From the human T2T-CHM13v2.0 reference genome, Homo sapiens, in the NCBI RefSeq assembly GCF_009914755.1, contig NC_060926.1: DNA of 64,000 bases; one strand, written 5' to 3'. This document shows positions 45,850-58,110 of this stretch, piece after piece. Made by a program: the position numbers and the translations under genes. Below the pieces are notes generated by a model, which saw only the letters and a list, made by a program, of their open reading frames with translations, was not told the DNA's origin and did no database searches. Positions within the stretch are counted from its first letter, which is position 1; the number at the start of each line of letters is the position of its first letter.

Positions 45850-46559
45850 TCATATACTAAAATTTGGGTTAGTGGGAAAACTTGGAAATTAAATTTATGA
45901 GATTAAAATGTATTTCTGATCAACTGAGAGTTAATGATAAGACATTTTGTTTTGGTTCATGTTGATTTAAAAATATTTTTCCTGCCTTTTTTCTCAGCAT
46001 AGCTCACCATCAACCTTTTATTAGTTGTGGAAGAGTTCTTACAGTGATTTGTGGATTTGAGGTTGTGGTTGACATGCTAAATATACATTTTTCATCATAC
46101 ATCTTGGTCCATGAGAATGAAGGAAAGTTAAATAAAGACATACTAATCCCAGAATATACCATGGATTTTTTTTAAATCTCTTATATCAACATATTCCGTT
46201 GTAATTCCTCTTTATCCTAAAAGTAGATTGCAAATATTTCCAAATCCGTAACAGCATCACTCTACCATTGCCAATTATGCCTTTTCATAAAAATGTGTCC
46301 AACAGACTTGAGCCTGGAGCAGAGTACATACGTTCATTCTCTACCCATGCCTAAGCAGCAGCAGCTGTGAGCTCAGACTCCTGGCAAAGACAGAGGGGCT
46401 CAAGGAGCAGATGGCTGGGAAGAGCCTTCTTCCCTCCTATCCGCTCATACACATGAACTTCCCTCACAAAGATCCTCTTCTTATCCATACCTCCCTGCCA
46501 GAAAACCATTGTCTCATCTGTTTTTGAGCCCTCCTCTAAGAGTTCATAACCATTTCTTC

Positions 46560-47000
46560 ACTTAGCAAATACCCTCCAGGCAGCTACCAAATGCAAGGCA
46601 ATGTTTTAATGAATGTGAATCTTTAGGTCCCTGCTTTGTGGAGCTTCCATTGTAGCCAGAGAAGGCAAGTTACAATCTATTCAACAAATGAGCAAGAGAT
46701 TATTCCTACTGAGCTCTACAAAGGAAATTGCCCAGGGGTGGGACAGAGACCCTGAAGCAGGAAGGTGATGCTGCCTCAGGTAAGATACTCCGAGGGGATG
46801 CTCCTGGAAGAGGGACAGACTGGCAAGAAGAATTTGGCCATTGAAGGACTGGGAAAAAAGAAAAGGAAACTGTGAGTAAGGAGGAACTGCATGCACAAAT
46901 GTCCCTGCCTGAGAAGGGGCTCAGCTTCTGTGAGAACCTGGGAGTGAGATAGCAAGTTCAGAGGGGCCCTGGAAAGGAGTGCACATAAGACTTGTGTATC
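46560..47000 (-). mobile_element. L2 3' fragment
   Basis: GTCCCTGCTTTGTGGAGCTTCCATTGTAG and GCATGCACAAATGTCCCTG resemble antisense L2 3' end. Confidence 0.6.
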
Positions 47001-47029
47001 TATGGTCTTCAACATGCAAAGCATGGAGA

Positions 47030-47450
47030 CATTGGACCATGTGGAACTTGAGACACACATGTGGGGGCACCAGAGTTACCAGAAGAAGGCCAACCTTCTG
47101 ACCTGGATGATTTGTACAGTGAGGGGCTGCCCCTCACCCCCTTCTCTGCCTGTGGAGCTTGAGCCCCTCTTCACAGGCACAACCCAGGAGTGTAGTGTTG
47201 GCGAGGGGAAGAGGTGGCCTCAACCAGTGGGGAAGAGGTTGGGGGATAAATGCCCCAGCCTCTCCATATAGTAGGGCCATTATGCCCCAACTTCCATATG
47301 GTCTCTTGAAAGCTCCCCAGAAGGACTGACTCCCAGCTGCCCACACAGTCATCCACTCTCTACTGGTTTTCCTTCCTTCCTGTTTCATTTTTCCACTTCC
47401 TCACCTTTGCTTCCTGGAATAATTCCCCAAATAAACTTCCTTGACTCTTA
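47030..47450 (+). mobile_element. LTR16-like ERVL LTR
   Basis: 3' part CCTTCCTGTTTCATTTTTCCACTTCCTCACCTTTGCTTCCTGGAATAATTCCCCAAATAAACT resembles LTR16. Confidence 0.55.
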
Positions 47451-47480
47451 ACAAAGACTCCAAGATTGGATGATCTAGAG

Positions 47481-47698
47481 CAAGGGACAATAAGCTTTCC
47501 TATAAAGAGTCAGACAGTAAATATTTTAGGCTTTGTAGGCCAATCTCTGTTGCAACTATTTAACTAAGACATTGTAGCATATAAGTAGCATTCTACACCA
47601 CATAAATGAATGACGTGGCTGTGTTTCAGTAAAACTTTATTTATAAAAATAAGCAGCAAATAGAATTTAACCCATGAGCTGTAGTTTACCAGTCCCTG
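47481..47698 (+). mobile_element. MER58A hAT-Charlie MITE
   Basis: GTAAATATTTTAGGCTTTGTAGGCCA...GTGTTTCAGTAAAACTTTATTTATAAAAA...CCCTG. Confidence 0.85.
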
Positions 47699-48383
47699 GA
47701 CTAGGAGCTTAATATTGTTGAGCTATGACAGTTGATACAATTTTCTCTTCTGTAGGGATTCATCAGCTACAGATATCTGCAGGTCACTTCAGTGGGTCAG
47801 AGAACTCCTCTTCTGGACAGTTCAAGAGACACAGCCAACATTTGCTTCTATGCCTTGGAGGTCTAAGGGCCAAGAGAAGCCTCTCCTGTTTCCCAGGGTG
47901 ACCTTGCCTTCCATCCCAAAGAATAAATGCTATGGCAGCTGCCATTACCAAGCTGCTGCCATTTCAGCAGAACCAGTGCTGCAGTTCCCTGTTCCCTCCT
48001 ACCCACTGCCTCCCACCCATCTCCTACTTCTGTCTAAAAAAGAGTAGAGATGGAGAGCAAGGAGACCTTTCAATGAGGGAAGGCTTCACGAATCCATAGC
48101 CATCACCATCTCTCTAGTTCCTCTGGTGAAGGGCAGGAGAATTCTGTGTCAACTCTGTGGTACCTGAGGTCGGGAGACAGGAATTTTTCTCCTGGCCATT
48201 TGCTCATGAAACCACCTCAGAGCCACCAGAGAGGAGCTATGACGAGGGCAGAGAGGTCTGGGCATTTGATCCCAAAGTTTGATGACCTGATTAAATACAG
48301 ACAACGAAGCCAGCCTCTCCTTTGAAGATTCCTGAAAATGAAAAACTTCCATGCCATTAGGGTGTGGACGGTTTCTAATGAAT

Positions 48384-49462
48384 TGTTGCAGGAAGTCAGG
48401 GACCCTGAATGGAGGGACCCGCTGAAGCCATGGCAGAAGAACATAAATTGTGAGGATTTCATGGACATTTATTAGTTCTCCAAATTTTATGATTTCTTAT
48501 GCCTGTCTTTACTGCAATCTCTGAACATAAATTGTGAAGATTTCATGGACATTTATCACTTCCCCAATCAATACTCTTGTGATTTCCTATGCCTGTCTTT
48601 ACTTTAATCTCTTAATCCCATCATCTTCATAAGCTGAGGAGGATGTATGTCACCTCAGGACCCTGTGATGATTGTGTTAACTGCACAAATTGTTTGTAGA
48701 GCGTGTGTGTTTGAACAATATCAAAATCTGGGCACCTTAAGAACAGGATAACAGCAATTTTCAGGGAACAACGGAGATAACCTTAAAGTCTGGCTGCCTG
48801 TGGGCTGGGCAGAACAGAGCCTTATTTATCTTCTTTCAAAAGCAAATAGGAGAAATATCTCTGAATTCTTTTTCTCAGCAAGCAACATCCCTGAGAAAGA
48901 GAATGCGTCCCTAAGGGGAGGCCTCTAAAATGGCTGCTTTGGGGACGGCTGTCTTTTACAGTCGCAGCTGTAGGGATGAAATAAGCCCTGGTCTCCCGTA
49001 GCATTCCCAGGCCTATTAGGACAAGGAAATTCCCGCCTAATAAATTTTGGTCAGACCAGTTGTCTGCTCTCAAACCTTGTCTCCTGATAAGATATTATCA
49101 CTGAAAATGCATGCCTGAAACTTCATTAGCAATTTTAATTTCACCCCGGTCCTGTGGTCCTGTGATCTCGCCCTGCATCCATTTGCCTTGTAACATTTTA
49201 TTACTTTGTGAAGCATGTGATCTGTGTGACCCATACCATATTCATACACTCCTTTCCCTTTTGAAAATCACTAGTAAAAACTTGCTGGTTTTACAGCTCA
49301 GGGGGCATCACGGAACCTGCCAACATGTGATGTCTCCCCCGGATGCCCAGCTTTAAAATTTCTCTCTTTTGTACTCTTTCCCTTTATTTCTCAGACTGGC
49401 TGGCACTTAGGGAAAATAGAGAAGAACCTACATGAAATATTGGGGGTGAATTTCTCCCGATA
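48384..49462 (+). mobile_element. Solo ERVK LTR, MER11 family (1079 bp; MER11B/C-like)
   Basis: TGTTGCAGGAAGTCAGGGACCC ... GAATTTCTCCCGATA. Perfect 6-bp TSD ATGAAT at 48378-48383 and 49463-49468. Confidence 0.95.
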
Positions 49463-50421
49463 ATGAATGTGCCTCAAGAAGAGTTTGAAGGCCTTTGTAC
49501 ATCCATGTCTCTCAAAGAACACCAAGTGGACCCACATGAACTCTCATAGCATCTCCTGGGGAAGCCTGGGGTGTGAAAAAAGGGCAGGGCTCCTGGGTTC
49601 CACAGAAAGCTACTCAGCCAAGTCCTGAGGAGCCCATTTTGGGGAAGGGCTTGGAGCCTGGGGCTACCATGACACACCCTGAGCACAGGGGCAGAAGCAG
49701 GGGTGCTTCTCCATGAAGTCAGGGCAGGGTCAACACCAAACCCCACCCAAGATCAACCCACACAGCCCTCAGGCCAAGACCACATCATTAGGGGTTCACA
49801 GCTCTTCCCACCACAGTCAGCGGAAGGAGCTCCATGAGCAGTGTCAGGACTTGGCTGCTGGAGGATTCCGAGTCAGAGAAGATTCTGGTCCTGGAAACAG
49901 CACTGTAGGTAGTGCTTTGGATGAAAGATGAGCTGCAGCTGGGAAGCTCTCCAGCTAGCAGGCTTCTGAGAGAAAGCATGGTTGTGATGACAGGAAAAAG
50001 GACAATTGCTCCATGTTTCCACCACAGTAAGTGGACTTGTCCCCATCTGAGTGACACTGCTCAGATTGATTTTCCTAAGCACCCACAGGATGCCCTTTTT
50101 TCTCATGGACAGATTTGGCTCTAGACTGGCTAATACCATGGGTCTGGGCATATCTTTGCACATCTCTGATATTATCCACTAAGCGTGGACTTTTAATTTT
50201 AACTCTCAGGGTTTAAGGGGTTGTCTGTTTGAGTACTAAGTCAAAATTTGACTCCTTTTTAACTATATGGTTTTTAAAAAATCAAACCCTGTCTATCCTC
50301 TGTTTTGGGGTGGCTGATCTTGCTGATGCCCAAACACAAAGGAAAACCCCAAGCTCTTCGCAGAGCTGAGCATCAGCCTGCCTAGGGAGGCATTCAAAGG
50401 CCATGGGAAGCCGGAGATTTG

Positions 50422-50660
50422 TTTCCCTCCCTCTTTTCTTTTCTTTTCTTTTCTTCTTTTCTCTCCTTCCTTCCTTCCTCTTTCTTTCTCTTTCTTTTTT
50501 CTTTCTCTCTCTTTCTCTTTCTTTCTCTATCCCTCCCTTCCTCCTTCCCTCTTTTCCTTCCCTCCCTTCCTTTCCTTCCTTTCTCCTTCTTCCTTTCTCT
50601 TTCTTCCTTCCTTTCTTTCTTTCTCTCTCCCTTTCCTTCTTTTTCTTTCTTTATTTTGTT
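50422..50660. repeat. Polypyrimidine (CTTT/CTTC/CT)n low-complexity tract, the expanded tail of the adjacent AluJ
   Basis: About 230 nt almost devoid of purines on the + strand, contiguous with the Alu 3' end. Confidence 0.9.
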
Positions 50661-50948
50661 TGAAAGACAGGGTCTCACTTTGTTGCCTAGGCTGGAGCAC
50701 TGTGGCACAAAAATGGCTCACTACAGCCTCCATCTCCTGGGCTCAAGTGTTCCTCCTGCCTCAGTTTCCCAAATAACTGGGACTACAGGTGTGCACTGCC
50801 ACCTGTAGTGGGCTAATTTTTTAATTATTATTTTTTGGAGAGACAAGGTCTCACTATGTTGCCAGGCTGGTCTCAAACTCCTGAGCAATCTTTCTGCCTT
50901 GGCCTCCCAAAGTGCTGGAATTTCAGGCGTGAGCCACCATGCCTGGCC
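50661..50948 (-). mobile_element. AluJ
   Basis: AGACAGGGTCTCAC...GGGCTCAAG...CATGCCTGGCC. Confidence 0.92.
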
Positions 50949-53481
50949 TATTTCTTTATCTTTTGATTTCTTTCTTTGTCTTTTTATTTTATAAAGTTTT
51001 ACTTCAGTTTGTTTATTTTTACCCAGTCTGCTCTTTAAGCTTCTGGTCTTAGCATTTTATTTTGTTTCTATCTATCTGTTTGAAGTGGTTTGTTTTCTCA
51101 ATTAGTTCACGATGTTTATCTTACTGTTTTGACACTTTGATTGTAGCCTTCTCATCTTTAACATGAATTTGTTTTACTTTTGCATTTGGTTTCGTTTTTC
51201 TATTCACCTCTGTTTTTCCTAAAGTTTTGTCTGTTTTCATTGTAGCTTCCCATCATTCCCTCCATTGCTTTAATTATCTCTTTACCATTTATTTTATCCT
51301 GTTATTATTTAATTGTTGTATAGAGATTTAGTTCTTGATTTTAGGAATTCTAGCCATGGAAGGCTGGTGTCAGAGTGACAGATGAGGGAAAGCTGTCATA
51401 GGGCCCTGAACACGTCACACCCACTTTATTAGGAAGCCAAGCAACAGTGGAATGAATGTGCACTTGCCATGTGTACCCGGGATCTCAGAAACGGGTCCCA
51501 CGGTAATGAATGAGCAACATTTATTCTCATGGTAGCCCATTCTCCCCAACCCCCAAAAAGGAGAATCTAAAAAGCTTGTTTTTAGAATTCTTGGTGTTCT
51601 GACAATGTATACTACTGAAATTCGGGAGGAAAAACCTAGGCACATTAGGATCTCATATCCAATTATATCATGGGTTGTCCGGAAGAAGACACCAATAAAC
51701 AAATCTTCCTTTTAGTCTATTCATAATAGGATTTAGGTTGTTATCTGAACAGAAGGGGTCAGAAATAGGAGAAGATAGGAGAAGTTATTTTGATAAATGG
51801 GCAATGGCTTACTTATGAAATCCTGAGCATAGGTCTCCTTCTCCAAGTCGTATTTGGTGTGGGACAGTCCACTTTCCTGCTATGGAAGACACCGTGGGGT
51901 CAATAAAACCACTGGTGATCCTGCAGGCTGAGCAGGTCTCACCTCTTTACTTTAGCTCAGGATTCTAAAGAAGTCTTGGCCAAAGGAGAATACTCCGCTT
52001 CACCAGGGAGCAAAACCATTTCCATTGTTGTCCCTTGATCAACAAACCTTAGACAGAATCCAATAGTACCATTTTGCAATGCTGTATTTTAATTGCTGAG
52101 AGACGTAAAAGTCATCAGAAATCTTGCAAATGAGCCCCGATGTTGCTGAAATCAGCATTTTCCAATCTGTATACACAGGTATTTATAATTGTCCAGTGTT
52201 TCACTGTATGTCGGCAGAGGCTGATAGTGATTAAGATGGTAGGAAAAAATGTCATAACCATAAAGCTGGAGAAAATTGAAGTGCAATGTGCTCTTCAGAC
52301 AGCAAATGGAAAAATAAATGGGTCAAGTTCTCATTTTGGCAATTCAGGGGGAAATTTTTTGAAGTAATGAAGGGAACTAGAATTAGATAGGATGAGAAAT
52401 TGGCTCATGAATTGAAAGGCATCGTCCGTATCCTAAGTAATAAGAAATTCCAGACGTCGGCTAGAGTATTCACCTTGCCCTGATGACATCTCAATAGAGT
52501 CTTCAAATGTTTATTGCAAGGGAATGTAAAAATTTTATAGGCAAAACATACTAGCTAACAAAGCACTGGATTATAACAAAAAGGAAAATAGCTTTCATGA
52601 AGTCTATATAATGCATCTAGCACTTCCCCACTCATTTTAAGGTGATTGTGTGATTTCATCCTCTCAAGAACTCTGTTGCTGCAAACAACGAATATGAGGC
52701 TAAACACTTAAGCTTCTTGTTCAAGCTCACACAGCTGGGAAATGGCACACCTGGGTCCTCAAGCGAGGAACCCTGAACACAGATGCTTTTCCATTTGATC
52801 ACACCCTTCCCAAGATTCTGAGCTAGGTTCAGCCACAGGCCGGCAGTGTGACCTCCACTCTACTCTGGGTTACCGCACACCTGCAGTGAGCTACACATTG
52901 CTAGAAGTAGGATTGGAAGCTGGATAGGCTGTTCCTGCCTCATGGTATTTACCACCTGATAGGGCCTCCAGCAATCAGCAATTCACCATATCCATTAAAA
53001 AAACATCAGCGAAGTCATTTAATTTCTTAGCTATCCAATTTCTTCATCTGCAGAGTGAGAAATGTTTAACCTTTCAGTGATTCAGAACTAAGAGCATGCA
53101 AAAAAGTCACCTACAAAGGTTTTGAAAAATTGAGTTATCAAGGCCCTACTCCAAACCGGCTTTTGAGTTGAGGCCTAAAACATGTAATTTGGAAACTTCC
53201 TTAGACGATTCAATTCAAACCTGTATTGTAAGAACCAATAGAAATGCTGACTCCAAATTCCTTTCTAGGACTCAGGTGCTAGTTTTATCTTTAGAAGATC
53301 TTTAAATATCTCTCCGTTATCCAGCATTTATACTTGAACACTGGCAGAAAAAATGCCTACTGACATTGGACTACCAGGTATTGGAGTGACTTCTGAAAAA
53401 GAAAAGGATTCGCCATCTTCACACGGGGTTACAAGTTGAAACTTTCCCCTTAGCAGAATACACAGCTAACAAGAGCCTTTC

Positions 53482-53821
<340 letters not shown>

Positions 53822-54865
53822 TCATGTCAAGCAAGGAAATGAAGAAATTCCGATGCAAGGTCCCTCCACCAAAGAAATTCAAGTTCCAAACATGCTGCTG
53901 GGGAATGGGCTTCTGCCTAGTAGAAAAATCTAGTATTTGGCCCAGGGTGATGGGAAAAAAGGGAAAGCAAGATTAAGAATTTACAGATATCATTGGGCAG
54001 GAAGTGAACTTCAGACCGTGCAATCTGGAGTATGAGCAAAACTGAACTGGTTTTTGGAGGGGCAGAGAAGCTACCAAAATCATCCAGATCATATGTATGC
54101 AAAACACATCGTTTTAGAAAATGTTTGCAAAAGGAGAGAACTTCAAGCCAAAATTACTCTTCCTGAGTTTTCCACAAGTAGCCACAGACTTTGTAATAAG
54201 GAAGGAAATTGAACACAATGAACACAGAATTCCATCTACACACAAAAATTCATGGAAAATCACTTCAAAGTAAGGGGAAATGCGATGATGGTAAATTACA
54301 ATTCAAATTACTACCAGATCAATGTTATTTTTCCTATTAGATTTTATTTTTCCTTCTCTGCTTCTGTAAGCTGAGGCTGTGAGAACAGGGGCTGCCTTGC
54401 TTCGATACTTAAGCCAAAGTTGGCCCATGAGATTGTAGAAAGGTTAACCGGCTCTGCAGCAAGAAAAACATAGGAAGGCTATGAATTAATCTATTCACTG
54501 TCTTCCCCCTCATTCGTTCCCACATAGCCCCCATTATCTTCCATGAACCTAAACAGCCAGTGCTGTGTCACTACTGGTGGACCTCCCAAGAGCTTCCTCT
54601 GTCCCTAAAAGTGGGGCGCCAATTCATACCCAGGAAGAGCAACCACAGCTTCCACCCTCTCCCTACATAAAAATTATAGCCATTCCAGGGATACTGCTGA
54701 GCATGGACTAGCAAGACCCAAACTGGGGGACATGGTGTACCAGAAAACCTGGGAGCACACCTTGGACCCAGTCCAAGAGGCGCAGAGGCAATATCCCAAT
54801 GGAAGCCACCAAGAGGCAAACCAGGAAAACAGGAGCTAACATCAGGAATCTGCCAGGCAAAACAA

Positions 54866-54881
54866 CCAACAGGGGGCAGTG
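54866..54881 (+). promoter_or_regulatory. Candidate CTCF core motif
   Basis: CCAACAGGGGGCAGTG versus consensus CCASYAGRKGGCRSYR: one mismatch. Motif only, no binding evidence. Confidence 0.45.
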
Positions 54882-57800
54882 ACTCCAAATTGACTATAGG
54901 AGGTGCTGGCCTGATTCCGGGAGACAGCAGGACCCTCAACCTCTTGGGTGTATATGCTTCCAAGAAGATGAATGTGTGTGTCTCTATGGGCACCACTGGG
55001 CCTCCAGTGCATTCCATATGGGACCCTACCTCTTTCTGGCACCTGTAGTCAAGCTGCCCTTTCCTATGGGGACCTAAGGGTAAGCCTCATATCAGGCCCT
55101 TCTGAAAAGTCCCCAGCACCTATGTTGGAACTTCACCATTATACTTCCCTTTGAATCTGTGCTATTTTGCAAAGTAAAAAATACCTCTTCTTTGCCATGA
55201 GTTGGGCTATGTCTTAACTCCCTTGTAAGATGATAAAATCCTTGAAGGAAATTGCTTTTGTCTTACTCATCTTTTTCTTAATCACCCTCCCCACTATGTA
55301 TTGAATGCACACGATTGCCTTAAGTGGAATCCAGGGACTTTCCCTCGGTCGCTGAAAGTGTGGTTCCAACAAGCAGCAAAACACCCTCAACTCAGACTCC
55401 AGCTCCTTAGGGCCTAGAAGGATTCCAGGTAAAATATTGCCTTGCTTTTTAAGTCAGGCAGTAGAAAGGGTCCAGGCTCCACACTCACATAGGAGGTGCC
55501 ACCCTTCCCTAGAGCATCGATTTTTTGCTCATGCTTTACATAGACATCATTTTTATTATTAAACAGATATAAATACATTATAGAAAACAAAATTCTACAT
55601 ATTTCTTATACAAAACATGAGTCCTCACATGACTGTCAATATCTCAATGTACCCTGCTCTGCCATTAAGACAACTCACTGCAATATGTAATCCTCAACAT
55701 AGAAGCATGAACAGAAACGTGACCTTGTTTTACCATTGCCAGACCTAGGCTTTACATGATGCTGCTTAAATGAGACACACGGCTACCCCTGGGCTTAGCA
55801 AACCAGAAGCCCAGAGGGGAATCTCTCGGAAGAATAAGTACATGAATCTATATGAAAGCCTTCCTAATCCACGGTGCTCAGTCACAGGAAGGCTTCAGTA
55901 GGTGTCACTGCAATGGCGTGGTCACCTCTTTGCTACATGGAGTGGGCTGCTGCCAGGCTGGGCTCAGCTGCGTCCCCCTGGGGTCTCCCTTTTTGACATC
56001 TTGTGTTTGGTCTTTGCAGGGAACTGATTCCCTCGCTCTTTGTCGCAAGCTGCAAAGCCAGCACTCAGCTCTGAGATGAAGGCAGGATAAGCAGCAGGAC
56101 CTCCCCGGTAGTGAGCAGATGGATTAGGACTAATTTTGCAAAGGTGAGGGGGGAAGGTTGCCATGGGATCCTAGCTCTGAAGAATGGCAAGCAGATGTGG
56201 GGAGTGCGGGGGTTGGGGGAGGCAGTGGGAATCCTATCCAACTCAGTGTGCTTTCCAATTAGGAGCCTTTCAAGTTAAGGCCTCCTTCAGGTCACCTTCA
56301 GCCACTTCTTGAAGGTTAAACAAGTCTTGCTTCTAGTGTGCATTATGCAAAGTGGGTAACAATTACTTGTTGTTTATTAACATCATATATTTTATGGTCA
56401 GACTTGACCCTGCCAAGCCCCCAACAGACCCGCCACTGGGAGAGGAGTCCCCGGCAGGCAGGGCCCAGTCACCCCCAGCTCAGCTCCAGACTCTCTGCCA
56501 CAGACTGCTACATCCTGAATTTTCTTATAAGATTCTCTTTAAAAGGAGATTCCACCACTAAGATGTTGAAAGCATGGGTTTGACATGATGAAGCCTGCAT
56601 TCAGAATCCACACCCCTGTATTGTCTCTGCCCTAACTCCACGAGCTCACATCAGCTTGGCCTTTCAGGTTGCATGTCCTTCCCTCTATGTCCCTTGTCTG
56701 GGGACCTGAGAAACCTCAGGTGAAAACTTGGCAGAGGCTGGTGCTTCTGATGGTATCTTGAAGGTTAAGTGCAAATCCTGAAGCATCAGTTTCCTCCCTG
56801 CCCCTTGCAGAGCACTGATAACCAAACCCACATGAGAAAGATGCAGAGGCCTGGTGCCCGGTATGGGCTCACTGCCTATCAGGCTCTACCTCTGCCTCCC
56901 AGCACAAACAGTGAAGCTCTGTGGAAGACTGGTGACATCATTCTTATCAAAAAACTTGAGGGCTGAAGACTTTGGGAAACTGAACAGCCTTTCACTCCTG
57001 CCCTGCCTAAGCCCAGCCTGCCCATCTGATGTGCATGGCCCAGTGCCCTGAAAGTCAGCAGTCAGGACTGCAGCGAGGAAAGTGAAGTGGGCGATGGGCT
57101 CCCCTAACCCCAGTTGGGTCTTTGAGCTCTGAAACCCTTGAACCTGAGAGATTGTCACTAGGTAGGGTTTTGGTTTGGAGCAGAAAAAAACAATGGCTGC
57201 TGCATTCACCATTTGAAATTGGTGTCGACGGATGCTCTACCATCTCTGAAATGAGAATTGTGTTCTTGTCATCAATGCAGTGCGCACCCAGCTGATTTTT
57301 TTAGGAACTAGGTATTTATAAAGAAGCAAGACTGATCACCAGACATGTAACTAGGAGCCTCAGAGAATCACTGGTTTTAATTATTGGAAATATTATATTT
57401 GGGTCCTATAGGATATGACCTGGAGGATCCATGAAGATCCCTTTGGTTACAACAAACAGAAATTTCAGGTCATACTAGTTGGAGCAAAAGGGGGTGCTCA
57501 TGAAAAGGAAATTGAGTTTTCTCATATAATGAGATAAAGATGGGCATCAGGAACACCTGTAACTAGGCAAGAGCCTGACCATAGGAGCTCTGCTTCCCCT
57601 CCAATCTCCATTGTGCTCTGAGTATCAGCTCCCTTCCCTCTCCGCAAGGTGAGTGTCCTCAGCAGGCCCTGGGACTCATACGTCCTGGCTTCCACCACCG
57701 AAGAGCAATGGGCTCTTTTCCATGTGCATTTCAAAACATTCCTGGAGAAAAAAACTCATGTGGCCAGGCTTGGGACAGGACATCCCTGGCCCAGACAATC

Positions 57801-57919
57801 AAGGCCAAGCACAAACGCCTTATTCACAAGGGGAGAGCCACCCCTAGGGAAGGGTATGGGGTCTGGGCTGACCACACAAGAGGGTCTCAGCCCTTAGGCC
57901 TGACCTTTATGTGCTAAAG

Positions 57920-58110
57920 CAGAGACTGGAAAACCACAGCTGAATCTGGTTGACTGCTTGTTTTTGTAAATGAAATTTTATTGGCACACAGCCACACCCA
58001 GCTGCCTTCCTACAATGGCAGAGTTGAGTAGCCATGACAGAAACCCTATGGCCAGCAGAGCCTAAACGTTTACTATCTGACCCTTCGGAGGAAAAGTTTG
58101 CTGACCGTGT
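57920..58110 (-). mobile_element. MER58-type hAT MITE
   Basis: TTTTGTAAATGAAATTTTATTGGCACACAGCCAC...TTTACTATCTGACCCTT...AAAAGTTTGCTGACC. Confidence 0.8.

Noticed and set aside
48436-48610. Internal repeat GAACATAAATTGTGA.GATTTCATGGACATTTAT in MER11
   Set aside because: As recalled, this duplication is part of the MER11 consensus and is not locus-specific.
50394-50808. Lys/Arg/Glu-rich and Phe/Leu/Ser-rich ORFs
   Set aside because: These are translations of the CT-rich low-complexity tract plus AluJ.
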